A stretch of DNA of 61,418 nucleotides from Oligoflexia bacterium (GTDB lineage Bacteria; Bdellovibrionota; UBA1018; CAIPTA01; JAALKR01), in assembly GCA_011087955.1 (NCBI GenBank), contig JAALKR010000010.1, positions 1 to 61,418 of the forward strand, written 5' to 3'. Under the pieces are notes generated by a model. The model did no database searches and was not told the DNA's origin. It worked only from the letters and a program-made list of their open reading frames with translations. The position numbers and the translations under genes are program-made. The stretch's first letter is position 1; the number at the start of each line of letters is the position of its first letter. Shown piece by piece: positions 21,138 to 30,460 of the stretch.

Positions 21138-22603
21138 TTACTTTTTCCGCTATATATTGGCCGAAAATAAAACATTAAAATAATTCCTAGGGTTAGCATC
21201 AAGCAGCCTAGATACTTCGTCCATCTCCCCGGATCACGGTTGACAGACAATACCGAAATCACCGGGTTACCGTTCTGGTCCATCGAGTAAGAAGATTGAT
21301 AGAAGGTGAAGTTTTTATGATGGAGTGGCTCATTCATTTTAATCAAGATTTGCTCAGCTGTATTGTCGACAGAGACCCTACTTTCGTAAGACTTGGGCCT
21401 TGTGCTACCTTCATAAAAGCTTATGTCGAAGCGACGCAAGCGGATGGGAAATCCCAGGGGAACCTGCTTCTTTGTGTATTGAACATAGAACAAATACTGG
21501 TCCCATAATATTTGTGCGGCAGCGCCCATTTCCAGCCAACGTGTCTCACTATTCAAACGAATTTCAATCGCCTCTACTGCACCCTTTGCCCCCTTTGGTG
21601 CTTTTGTATAACGGGTAGATGGAATCGCGGAGGCGTGGAACTCTTCCAAAAGAAACTCAAAATCCATCCAACCGAGGAGCATTCGATTCTCGGGCTTGGC
21701 TTCGCCTATCTTTTGGATTTTTATGGACTTTCGTGGCACTTGTGCCAGATGTGGTCGCAGTTTACCTTTAGAGTTCTTTTCCAAATAGATAAACAGAGTG
21801 CGTTTATCTCGACCTTCTGTCATCTGCGGGAGATCCTGATAGAATTCAATTCGAGCTGGACCTAAGTCAACTTGTGAGCCTTGCACCCCATTTAGGAATA
21901 GCCACTGGTCGATGTTGGCCCGGGAACCCATTAAGCGAAAATAAATTGCCGGCACACCTAAATTAGAACCTTTTGGTGGCTGTCGCACCCCAACATGCCG
22001 GTGAGCATACGGCCACCAGTCTAGCACCTCTAGTTTAGTTCTTCTATTGGCGTCGTTCCCATCATAGTCTTGTAAGTCAATGTTCCATTCTTCGGGGCCA
22101 GTAAAGCCAGAAACTGGGTTGTAATCGAGCCGTTTACTTAGGAGTCGCTGGTATTCCTTGCCTGGAACTGCCTGCCAGACATGGAGGTAATCCTCCTCAA
22201 GCTGAACTACTTGTTGAGTTTCGTCGACGCCCATGGAAATGTTGCCGTCTACTCCCCAAAGGGCCGTCATTAGTGAGCCAATTAAAAGGATGATTAAACC
22301 AAGGTGAGTGACCAAGAATCCGATATGGTAGCGCTTCCACGGCAAGCGACTAAGGGCTGCAAAAAGCAAGTTCAACATAAAGAGCACCAGGATACTAGTG
22401 AACCAAAACCCTCGATAGACGATGGAAAAGGCTACTTCCCGGTCATATTTGGCCTCATAGATAGTGCCCACGGCAGAAAAAACCGCGATGGCCAAAATGA
22501 CAAAAACAGCTAATTCAATGGATGCAAGAAAGTTGAAAGTCTTATGGAATGCCCAACTTAGGCCTCTGTTGGCTAGTTGTTTCGTCGGCTTAGCTTTGGT
22601 CAC
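21101..22603 (-). CDS. resB: Cytochrome c biogenesis ResB/CcsB-type protein
   Basis: N-terminal TMs with GT..E, GFLVTHLGLIILLIG, PKSYES, MNEPL, FYQSSY, DPG. Confidence 0.92.
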   Translation of the reverse strand: MTKAKPTKQLANRGLSWAFHKTFNFLASIELAVFVILAIAVFSAVGTIYEAKYDREVAFSIVYRGFWFTSILVLFMLNLLFAALSRLPWKRYHIGFLVTHLGLIILLIGSLMTALWGVDGNISMGVDETQQVVQLEEDYLHVWQAVPGKEYQRLLSKRLDYNPVSGFTGPEEWNIDLQDYDGNDANRRTKLEVLDWWPYAHRHVGVRQPPKGSNLGVPAIYFRLMGSRANIDQWLFLNGVQGSQVDLGPARIEFYQDLPQMTEGRDKRTLFIYLEKNSKGKLRPHLAQVPRKSIKIQKIGEAKPENRMLLGWMDFEFLLEEFHASAIPSTRYTKAPKGAKGAVEAIEIRLNSETRWLEMGAAAQILWDQYLFYVQYTKKQVPLGFPIRLRRFDISFYEGSTRPKSYESRVSVDNTAEQILIKMNEPLHHKNFTFYQSSYSMDQNGNPVISVLSVNRDPGRWTKYLGCLMLTLGIILMFYFRPIYSGKSKWLQKRPTEVTA

Positions 22604-22630
22604 CGAAATTTCCTCAGTGAGATAATTGAT

Positions 22631-22945
22631 TTATTTAGTTTTTTTAGCTGCCGGAGGAGAGTCTACTACTTCAGTCTGTACAGCAGACTTAGAGTCATCA
22701 AAAATTGATTTGTCCGAATCCGTTGAATTCATACGTGTGATCGTGATTGACGTGATAACGAAAAGCACGCCTAGAATGGCGGTTACTTTTGTGAAGAAAT
22801 TGCCGCCGCCGGAAGCGCCAAACAGGGACTGTGAAGTGCCGCCACCCATTACGAGTCCGCCACCTTTGCCAGGCTGTACCAAGACCACGACGGTAAGAAA
22901 GACCGCAATAACGCAGTGTACAACATTTAAGAAAGTGATGCTCAT
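22631..22945 (-). CDS. secG: Preprotein translocase subunit SecG
   Basis: VLVQPGKGGGL...GG..SQSLFG..G..NFFTKVT; downstream of tpiA. Confidence 0.96.
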   Translation of the reverse strand: MSITFLNVVHCVIAVFLTVVVLVQPGKGGGLVMGGGTSQSLFGASGGGNFFTKVTAILGVLFVITSITITRMNSTDSDKSIFDDSKSAVQTEVVDSPPAAKKTK

Positions 22946-22975
22946 TCTAAATCTCCACTCTACAGTGTCAGGAAC

Positions 22976-23779
22976 CTAACATTCTTTTGCTTCGGCAGCA
23001 ATCCGGAAGAAAGAACTCGCCTCTAAGCTCGCACCACCCACTAAGACACCGTCTATGTCGGGCTGTTCTAGCAATTCCTTACTATTACTAGACTTTACAC
23101 TACCACCGTAGAGAATACGCATTTTGTTTGAGGCGGAATCACCCCAGGCCTTGCGGAAGAAATCCCTAAGGTGCTGCTGAACGTCTTGAGCCTCCTCCGA
23201 AGTTGCCGTCTTTCCTGTGCCAATCGCCCAGACCGGTTCATAGGCTAGAACGAACCCTTCGGGCATCACTGAGGAAATTGCCGTGAAGGCCGCGCATTGG
23301 GCGTCCATGATCTCGAATATTTTCCCAGACTCGCGCTCTTCTAAGCTTTCCCCCACGCAAAGAATAGCCCGCATGCCATTCTCATGAGCAGCCAGTGCTC
23401 GGTTGGCCGCAGATTCGTTGGATTCCGCGAAATATTGCCGGCGCTCAGAATGGCCTGCCAGAACATAACGACAACCAAGCTCACGAACGAGACTAGGAGC
23501 TAATTCACCAGTAAAGGCTCCATTAGACTCCCAATGCATGTTTTGCACACCCCAAGAAAAAGCGGTGATTCCAAGCATATCGCAGCGCTTTTCCCCTTCC
23601 ACACGCCAAAACTCCCGCACAGAGGAAAGAGTCGCAGATTGCGGAAATACGACATACTCAGCGTCAAAGTCGGCCGAATCCCGATCTTCAAATTTCGACC
23701 AGAAGTCACGGAGAAACTCTTCCGTCTCGTTGACTCCTTTGTTCATTTTCCAATTTCCGGCGTAGAGTTTCTTTCTCAC
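22976..23779 (-). CDS. tpiA: Triosephosphate isomerase
   Basis: GNWKMN, GHSERR, AYEPVWAIGTG, LYGGSV, LVGGASL. Confidence 0.98.
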   Translation of the reverse strand: MRKKLYAGNWKMNKGVNETEEFLRDFWSKFEDRDSADFDAEYVVFPQSATLSSVREFWRVEGEKRCDMLGITAFSWGVQNMHWESNGAFTGELAPSLVRELGCRYVLAGHSERRQYFAESNESAANRALAAHENGMRAILCVGESLEERESGKIFEIMDAQCAAFTAISSVMPEGFVLAYEPVWAIGTGKTATSEEAQDVQQHLRDFFRKAWGDSASNKMRILYGGSVKSSNSKELLEQPDIDGVLVGGASLEASSFFRIAAEAKEC

Positions 23780-24987
23780 TTCAACTTTCCTGCTTTCTTC
23801 CTATTGAGAATACTGATCCCCGGTAGTCCATGGCCTTCCAAGTATTTGAGACTGGCCCCGCCTCCAGTGCTCAACAAGTCATAATCTTCTGGCCTACCTA
23901 GGGCTTTAATGGCTGAGATTGTATCTCCACCGCCGGCTACCTTGAGTGCTTCCAGCCCACCGATTGCGTCAGCAATGGCTTGCGTGCCTACGGCGTACTT
24001 GTCACTCTCGAATAGACCCATTGGTCCGTTCCAGAAAAGAGTTTTGGTACCAGCAAGAGCTTGTGTAAATTTCTCGATTGACTTTGGGCCAATATCCAGA
24101 GCTGCCGCATCCTTTGGGATATTGATTTGTGTAATTGTCTCTGGATTTTCGAAATGTGGATCTTTCTCCGGGTAAACAACCACATGATCAACAGGGAGGT
24201 GAATCTCCACAGCTAATTGCTCCGACAAAGAAAGAATTTCTTTCGCTGCAGCCATACCCTCATTCTCGCATTTCGACTGACCAATCTCGTGCCCCTTTGC
24301 TGCCAAAAACGCATAGGACATAGCGCCACCGATGATCAAGCGATCCACATGGCGCATGAGATTTTCAATGGCCTTAAGCTTATCCGTTACCTTCGCACCG
24401 CCAGCAACTAAAACAAAAGGATACTCAGGCTTAATTAAGAGGCGGTCCAAGAATTGAAGCTCCTTTTGGACCAAGTACCCAGCCCCTGCCTGAGGAATAT
24501 GCATAGGAACACCGTAGACGCTAGCGTGCTTTCGATGAGCGGTTCCGAATGCATCGTTGATATAGACATCCGCTAGTCGAGCTAGGTCGTGGACAAACTC
24601 CTCATCATTGGTTTCCTCGCCTGGATGAAACCGTAAATTCTCTAATAGAATAATTTCTTTTCCGAGGCCGTGGCGGGCTAATTGATGAACCCCATCGTCA
24701 TAATACTTATCCGTCAAAATAACCTCTTCATCTAAGGCTTCTGCTAAATAACGTCCAACCGGTTCCAATGAAAATTGTGGGTCCACTTTTCCGCCTGGGC
24801 GTCCTAAATGCGACGATATGATGAGGCGTGCACCTTTTTCGACACAGAATTTGATCGTTGGTAGAGCTTCGTCAATCCGAGTTGTGTCCCGAATGTCACC
24901 AGTTACTTTGTTCATCGGAACGTTGAGATCAAGTCGTAGGAAAATCGCTTTACCCTCTATGTCGAAATCATCGATATAGTGGATCAA
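23776..24987 (-). CDS. pgk: Phosphoglycerate kinase
   Basis: RLDLNVP, SHLGRP, LENLRF, NDAFGTAHR, WNGPMG, STGGGASL. Confidence 0.98.
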   Translation of the reverse strand: MIHYIDDFDIEGKAIFLRLDLNVPMNKVTGDIRDTTRIDEALPTIKFCVEKGARLIISSHLGRPGGKVDPQFSLEPVGRYLAEALDEEVILTDKYYDDGVHQLARHGLGKEIILLENLRFHPGEETNDEEFVHDLARLADVYINDAFGTAHRKHASVYGVPMHIPQAGAGYLVQKELQFLDRLLIKPEYPFVLVAGGAKVTDKLKAIENLMRHVDRLIIGGAMSYAFLAAKGHEIGQSKCENEGMAAAKEILSLSEQLAVEIHLPVDHVVVYPEKDPHFENPETITQINIPKDAAALDIGPKSIEKFTQALAGTKTLFWNGPMGLFESDKYAVGTQAIADAIGGLEALKVAGGGDTISAIKALGRPEDYDLLSTGGGASLKYLEGHGLPGISILNRKKAGKLK

Positions 24988-25991
24988 AGTTTTGCTCCAA
25001 GCATTTTAGCTAGGTCGAGCAAACGCATAGAATAACCACTTTCGTTGTCGTACCAGGTTAATACTTTGACCATAGTACTGTCGATAACTTGCGTGCTCAT
25101 GGCATCGAAAGCAGAAGAGTGCGTATCCCCGTTATAGTCGCCGCTTACCAGCGGAAGATCACTATAATGCAGAATTCCTTTAAGCTCTCCATTAGCTGCG
25201 CGCTTCATGGCCGCATTTACAGAGTCAGTGCTCACTGCTTTTTTCAATTCAACCGTCAAATCCACAACAGAAACGTTCGGAGTCGGAACACGCATTGCAA
25301 ACCCATCCAGTTTGCCCTTTAAGTGAGGCATCACCAAGCCGATTGCCTTGGCCGCACCTGTTGAAGTAGGAATCATATTTACAGCTGCTGCTCGGGCACG
25401 TCGTAGATCCTTGTGGGGTAAATCCAAAATTCGTTGGTCATTCGTGTAAGAATGGATCGTAGTCATCAGGCCGCGCTGGATTCCGCCGAAAACCTCATCG
25501 AGAACTTTAGCTACTGGCGCTAATGCGTTCGTTGTACAGGAGGCGTTAGACACCACATCATGTTTTCCAGTGTCATAGGAGTCTTGGTTGATTCCCATAC
25601 AAACCGTGAGGTCCGCATCCTTAGAGGGGGCTGAAATTAGAACTTTCTTAGCCCCGCCGGCTAAATGCAATGCTGCTTTTTCTCTCGCAGTGAAAACACC
25701 GGTACACTCTAGGACAATGTCTACATCGATTTGTTTCCAGGGCAAATTTGCCGGGTCCCGCTCACTCAGCATTTGAATCCGCTTCCCGTCTACCAACATT
25801 ACGGATCCATCTACAGTCACGTCCTGAGGCAGGTTGCCGTGAACCGAGTCATATTTGAACAGGTGAGCCGCAGTGTGTACATCGCCTAAATCATTGATGG
25901 CTACGATTTCGAGATCTGATTCCTCCAGCGCGAGGCGAGCTACTTTCCGACCAATTCGTCCAAATCCGTTGATACCAATTTTTAATGCCAT
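24984..25991 (-). CDS. gap: Glyceraldehyde-3-phosphate dehydrogenase type I
   Basis: INGFGRIGR, SNASCTTN, RVPTPNVS, WYDNE. Confidence 0.99.
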   Translation of the reverse strand: MALKIGINGFGRIGRKVARLALEESDLEIVAINDLGDVHTAAHLFKYDSVHGNLPQDVTVDGSVMLVDGKRIQMLSERDPANLPWKQIDVDIVLECTGVFTAREKAALHLAGGAKKVLISAPSKDADLTVCMGINQDSYDTGKHDVVSNASCTTNALAPVAKVLDEVFGGIQRGLMTTIHSYTNDQRILDLPHKDLRRARAAAVNMIPTSTGAAKAIGLVMPHLKGKLDGFAMRVPTPNVSVVDLTVELKKAVSTDSVNAAMKRAANGELKGILHYSDLPLVSGDYNGDTHSSAFDAMSTQVIDSTMVKVLTWYDNESGYSMRLLDLAKMLGAKL

Positions 25992-26004
25992 GATTCTCCT
26001 CTGC

Positions 26005-26040
26005 AGCTGATTAAGCTCTATTAGCTGATTAAGCTCTATT
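26005..26040. repeat. Perfect 18-bp tandem duplication
   Basis: AGCTGATTAAGCTCTATT x2, followed by three TTGTCTA motifs to ~26071, in the gap/yhaM divergent intergenic region. Confidence 0.9.
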
Positions 26041-26107
26041 TGTCTATTTGTCTACTTGGCCCACTTGTCTACTTCTCCTTGAGACATATTTACGATATGA
26101 GTAGCAG

Positions 26108-27112
26108 ATGCAATATTCACAGCTTGTCGCAGAATTAGAGCCTCGGAAAGATATCGAGAGCGCCTTCCTCGTAAAGTACTTGGGACTACAGTTTGACAAA
26201 AAAGGTAAACCCTATCTTAACATTATGTTGATGGACCGAAGTGGTGAAGTAGAAGGCCGCGTTTGGAATGATGCAATAGGCGTTTTTGAGTCCGTGCAGG
26301 CGAAAGATATTGTGCGTGTGGCTGGAAAAGTGAACCTATATCAAGGCAAAAAGCAATTGGTGCTTGAAGTTGTGGAGAAGACTCCAGACGGCATGTATCC
26401 CGTGGATCGCTTTCTCCCTCATACTCCCTACGACGTCGAAAAAATGTACGGTGAGCTGCTGGCCATGGTGGAAGCCATGGAAGGAGAGTTTGAGCGGAGG
26501 CTGGGCCTTGCGGTCTTACAAGACCCTAAAATTGCTGAAGACGTTAAACAAGCGCCAGCGGCGAAGTCTATACATCATGCTTATATCGGTGGATTGCTTG
26601 AGCACGTATTGAGCATTTGTCGAATATTGCACTTTCTTGGTGACCACTACCGAGCCTATTATGGTCCGGCACTGAATAAAGATCTTTTGATCCTCGGTGG
26701 TATTTTCCATGATATTGGCAAAGTGGAAGAGCTTTCCTGGGGGCGCGGAACGGAGTATAGCGATTCCGGTCGCTTTGTTGGGCACCTAGTACAAGGTTGT
26801 GAGCTGATAGATCGGCACATTCAAAAAATTGAAGGTTTTCCGGAGGACCTTCGTTTGCAAGTGAAGCATCAGATTCTGGCCCATCACGGAAAACTTGAAT
26901 TTGGTTCACCCAAGTTACCGTCCACGATAGAAGCCTTGATCGTGCATTATATCGATGACCTGGATTCCAAGGTAAATTCCATCTTCGGTATCATAGCTAA
27001 GGACGCGAACCCAGGCCGTTGGACCTCATATAGTAAGCATTACGATCGCTTGTTCTATAAGCCCGATCCATTGCCGAAGGCGCAAGGGGTGAGCCCTGGA
27101 TTGTCGGACTAG
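26108..27112 (+). CDS. yhaM: 3'-5' exoribonuclease YhaM/Cbf family (OB-fold + HD domain)
   Basis: N-terminal OB fold; PAAKSIHHAYIGGLLEH, HDIGK, GHL, HHG.LEFGSPKLP, DDLDSK. Confidence 0.92.
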   Translation: MQYSQLVAELEPRKDIESAFLVKYLGLQFDKKGKPYLNIMLMDRSGEVEGRVWNDAIGVFESVQAKDIVRVAGKVNLYQGKKQLVLEVVEKTPDGMYPVDRFLPHTPYDVEKMYGELLAMVEAMEGEFERRLGLAVLQDPKIAEDVKQAPAAKSIHHAYIGGLLEHVLSICRILHFLGDHYRAYYGPALNKDLLILGGIFHDIGKVEELSWGRGTEYSDSGRFVGHLVQGCELIDRHIQKIEGFPEDLRLQVKHQILAHHGKLEFGSPKLPSTIEALIVHYIDDLDSKVNSIFGIIAKDANPGRWTSYSKHYDRLFYKPDPLPKAQGVSPGLSD

Positions 27113-27234
27113 AAGGCAAGCAGGTATCATCGAAAAACTGCTCCACTTCAGCAGTAGCCACAATGTATTATTAATGTTTGCCAAGCTCGTTGTTACGCTA
27201 GAGGACAGTAGGGGTGCTTGGTCACGTCTCTATG

Positions 27235-27777
27235 TCAGTGTTCGCCTTCGCGCAATATCCGGTCTGCCGCTGTTTCCAACGTGTGGTTGTCCTTATTTAC
27301 TAGGACATAGATTTTTTTCTTTTCCCAATCTACGGCTTCCCAGACGTCTCCTAGCTCATCGACTGCATCATGGACAGCCTCAATTCCATTCTGGCCTGAT
27401 TCGTCGAAGCATTGGTGGTACCAGGAGGCCACTAAGTCTACGATGAATTGAAGATTTTCCGTGAGTAGCTGAGGCTTTTCCGTAATGTTTGGGAGGGAGG
27501 GTAAGTCCATGGAAGCATAAAAGCTTGCAGCTCGTAGGACCCCTGCTTTCATAAGCGTCACACAAAGTAAAACTTCGTCAGGGTAGAATGCGCCATGAAC
27601 AGAAAATGAGGCTTCTCCTCGTTGTTTTTCAAACTGCGTATTAAATAGGCTTGTAACATCTTTGATAAAATCAGCTGGCAGTTTATTGGCCGGCTGAGAT
27701 TGAGGTTTCCTGGGCTCCATCACCATTCTTGCGGAGAACTGATCCTTCGTTATTTTATTCGTTGTTGTCTTATTCAT
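27235..27777 (-). CDS. Hypothetical protein
   Basis: 180-aa ORF; a downstream start near MEPRK is possible. Confidence 0.7.
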   Translation of the reverse strand: MNKTTTNKITKDQFSARMVMEPRKPQSQPANKLPADFIKDVTSLFNTQFEKQRGEASFSVHGAFYPDEVLLCVTLMKAGVLRAASFYASMDLPSLPNITEKPQLLTENLQFIVDLVASWYHQCFDESGQNGIEAVHDAVDELGDVWEAVDWEKKKIYVLVNKDNHTLETAADRILREGEH

Positions 27778-27810
27778 TATTGCAGAAACTACGTCATATC
27801 CCGAACGTCG

Positions 27811-29352
27811 TCAATTTTCAGATTGATCTTTCATATCCATTCCGACAAAATCTTGACGAAAAAAGCTGGCTTCCAAAATATCCTGCTCTAGAATTTTGGT
27901 TCTCTGCTCCAGATCTGCAATGGTGCGTGCGACACGGGCTAAACCAATAGTTGCTCTTGCGGACAAGGTTCTTGAATCTACCAGGCGATTTAAAAGCTTT
28001 CTTGTGCCACTGTTCCAATCAAATGTATGGTTAAATACATTTTCTCCTAACCATGCGTTTGGTTTGCCCTGTCTAGACAGCATAGCTTTCCGTGCAAGCT
28101 CTACCTTTTTTCTAATCTCACAAAATTTTTGTGGGGAGGAATCCGCTTTATTTAGAATCGCTTTTATTTCCGGAATTAATTCTACCTGTAAATCAATACG
28201 ATCTCGTAATGCTTGAGATAGTCGTTTCTGATAGCGCTGAATCTCTCCATGGCTTGACTTGGGTTGTAATTTTGGATGCCCCAACAATCCACAGGGACTT
28301 AGATTGGTCGCAGCGATTAGCTGAAACCCTGCGGGTACTATTGCTTTGGCTGTTCCACGGGCTAAGACTATATCGCGGCTCTCCAAAGGCAATCTGAGCT
28401 GCTCCAGCAAGGCCTTTGGAAACTCCAGCAACTCATCCAAAAATAAAATTCCCTGATGAGCCAAACTACACTCTCCTAGGCTTAACTGCACGCCTCCGCC
28501 AAGCAGTGCCATCTGTGTTACTGTGAAATGAGGTGAACGAAAGGGTCTGGAGTTCGGGCTTTTTGCTCCAACGACACTGTGGATAGCAAGAATTTGTTCC
28601 CACTCTTGGTCCGTAGGTAACGGTAAGAGCTCTTGAATGGCTTCTGCAAAGGAAGTTTTACCTGCACCGCGTGGCCCAGCCATTAAGAGATGGTGCGCCC
28701 CTGCGGCAGCAATGGTAGCTGCGCGCTTGGCTGTTTCCTGTCCGTGAAGCGCCAAAAACTTAACACCTTCAGGTTGAGTGGGTTGAAAATTACGTAAGCT
28801 TGGCATTAGCGGAGGCTCCCCACACTCCTCACCGGATAAATAAGACACCAATTGTGGCAACTTGCTAAAGCCACCACCATCCATATTCTTTTTCCAACGA
28901 AAATAAATTTCCGGAGACATCGCAACAAAGTCGAATTTTTCTATTCTTAGGAAGGCCGCAACGGCCTGTTGGCTTTGAATCGAATGAATCGCGCCATTTA
29001 ACCCTAACACTCCGATGAAACACCCAAGTTCTATCCTTTTTGCCAAAATTTTTCCCATTGAAGCTAAAATTGCGACCGCAACAGGCAGGTCAAGGCATTC
29101 GGGCTCCACCAGTTGTGCTTCGAATCGAATGGAAACTGTAATTTTTTTATCTGGAAGAGCAAAACCACTTGCGGATAATGCATTTAAGATGCGCTCACGC
29201 ATTGCAATCGCATGGTTTGTCGGAATTCCAATAATAGTTAACTGCGGAAGCGCCAAGATGGCCTGACATTCAATTTCAACTCGTGATCCATACAAACCAA
29301 AAGGCTGAAATCCGAAGGTTTGAACATAATTTTTTGCATTTGTTTGTGACAT
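27811..29352 (-). CDS. comM: YifB/ComM family Mg-chelatase-like AAA+ ATPase (divergent)
   Basis: GPRGAGKT, RPFRSPH, LAHQGILFLDELLEF, DRID, ARTIADL; start placed at MSQTNA (29352). Confidence 0.88.
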   Translation of the reverse strand: MSQTNAKNYVQTFGFQPFGLYGSRVEIECQAILALPQLTIIGIPTNHAIAMRERILNALSASGFALPDKKITVSIRFEAQLVEPECLDLPVAVAILASMGKILAKRIELGCFIGVLGLNGAIHSIQSQQAVAAFLRIEKFDFVAMSPEIYFRWKKNMDGGGFSKLPQLVSYLSGEECGEPPLMPSLRNFQPTQPEGVKFLALHGQETAKRAATIAAAGAHHLLMAGPRGAGKTSFAEAIQELLPLPTDQEWEQILAIHSVVGAKSPNSRPFRSPHFTVTQMALLGGGVQLSLGECSLAHQGILFLDELLEFPKALLEQLRLPLESRDIVLARGTAKAIVPAGFQLIAATNLSPCGLLGHPKLQPKSSHGEIQRYQKRLSQALRDRIDLQVELIPEIKAILNKADSSPQKFCEIRKKVELARKAMLSRQGKPNAWLGENVFNHTFDWNSGTRKLLNRLVDSRTLSARATIGLARVARTIADLEQRTKILEQDILEASFFRQDFVGMDMKDQSEN

Positions 29353-29629
29353 GCAAAGAAAAATGCAGAGATTATTCCATTCGAGTGGATACTTGTTTGT
29401 AAAATCGCGCCATTTTTTTTTGTTTAGGTTCGAAACATGGACAGACGGTTTCAAATCAGAACGTTAAAAAATATTATGCAATAAAAAACACCATTTTTTA
29501 TTTGCAGACCGAAGTACTTTGCTTATACTTAAATTTATAAACACATTGGTAATTTGATTCGGTTTTTGTGAGTGTGGGTTTGTGGAGTGAATTTTTAGAA
29601 CGAATTGAATTAACATGAGGAGATATACA

Positions 29630-29863
29630 ATGGCTGCAAAAAGAAAAAAAGCTGCTAAGAAGACAGCAAAGACGACAAAGCGTAAGGCAACTCGTAAGAA
29701 GGCTGCTAAAAAGACAGCAAAGACGACAAAGCGTAAGACGACTCGTAAGAAGGCTGCTAAAAAGACAGCAAAGACGACAAAGCGTAAGACGACTCGTAAG
29801 AAGGTTGCTAAAAAGACAGCAAAGAAGAAAACTACTCGTAAGAGAAGAGCCAAGAAAGCATAA
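29630..29863 (+). CDS. Histone H1-like Lys/Ala/Thr-rich basic DNA-binding protein
   Basis: AGGAGA RBS then ATG 29630; 77 aa composed almost entirely of K/A/T/R repeats; terminator immediately downstream. Confidence 0.88.
   Translation: MAAKRKKAAKKTAKTTKRKATRKKAAKKTAKTTKRKTTRKKAAKKTAKTTKRKTTRKKVAKKTAKKKTTRKRRAKKA
29645..29839 (+). repeat. 51-bp coding tandem repeat (~3.8 units)
   Basis: Unit encodes KKAAKKTAKTTKRKTTR. Confidence 0.92.
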
Positions 29864-29879
29864 GTTTCTTGGCCTTTTT
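29849..29879 (+). terminator. Rho-independent terminator overlapping the stop codon
   Basis: GCCAAGAAA-GCATAAG-TTTCTTGGC then CTTTTT. Confidence 0.8.
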
Positions 29880-29934
29880 CTTTCTGTTTTCTTAAAAAGT
29901 CCTAAATTCGCCGCCAGTACCAATTCCAATAGCT

Positions 29935-30444
29935 CTAGCGCGGGGATTTAGGGCTTTTGTTATTTTTGAGTGGTTTCACGCAGGGTTCTGGGAGTGGTTC
30001 TTTACGACAGGCCCAGTTTCGCATTGCTCTCCATTCTTTAAGGCTTGCAATATCTGCGCAGCCAATTTTTGTATTCTTATCTCTATGGCATTGGGAAAAA
30101 TACCTCAGCGCCTGTTTTTTCGAACCGACTAAGCGCTCTAATGTGACCAGAGCAAATAACGCGCGATACCAAGATTTAGCTGCTTTGGCTTTCGCAGGAA
30201 TTGGTTTTCGAATAGCAGCTGTCAACATTCGCTTAGTCCGTATATAGTTATTCGCATTCAGAGCAGAGCTCAGCTGGTCTCTTTTAGTAGCTGCTGTAGC
30301 TGGAGCTACAGTTTTATTTGTATGGGCTAGGGCTAGGGGGCTTGTGAGACTCAAGGGCAAGGGCAAGGGCAAGGGCAAGGGCAATAGAATTAGAACCAGA
30401 ATGGTTGTCTGTTTTAACCACTCCATCTGCTTTAGTCGCTCCAC
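29935..30444 (-). CDS. Hypothetical secreted basic protein
   Basis: Signal-peptide-like N-terminus with an LPLPLP run, ALA cleavage site, four Cys in the C-terminal half. Confidence 0.65.
   Translation of the reverse strand: MERLKQMEWLKQTTILVLILLPLPLPLPLPLSLTSPLALAHTNKTVAPATAATKRDQLSSALNANNYIRTKRMLTAAIRKPIPAKAKAAKSWYRALFALVTLERLVGSKKQALRYFSQCHRDKNTKIGCADIASLKEWRAMRNWACRKEPLPEPCVKPLKNNKSPKSPR
30352..30384. repeat. (CAAGGG)5 hexanucleotide microsatellite
   Basis: Five perfect copies plus a partial copy, encoding the LP repeats. Confidence 0.9.
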
Positions 30445-30460
30445 CTGTAACTACTAAGCT

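Noticed and set aside
29645-29839. 51-bp repeats as a possible CRISPR array
   Set aside because: Contiguous in-frame coding repeats with no unique spacers and no cas genes
29464-29929. Minus-strand hydrophobic and Cys-rich repeat ORFs (129 aa and 143 aa)
   Set aside because: Antisense shadows of the Lys/Ala-rich H1-like repeat gene, which has the RBS and terminator
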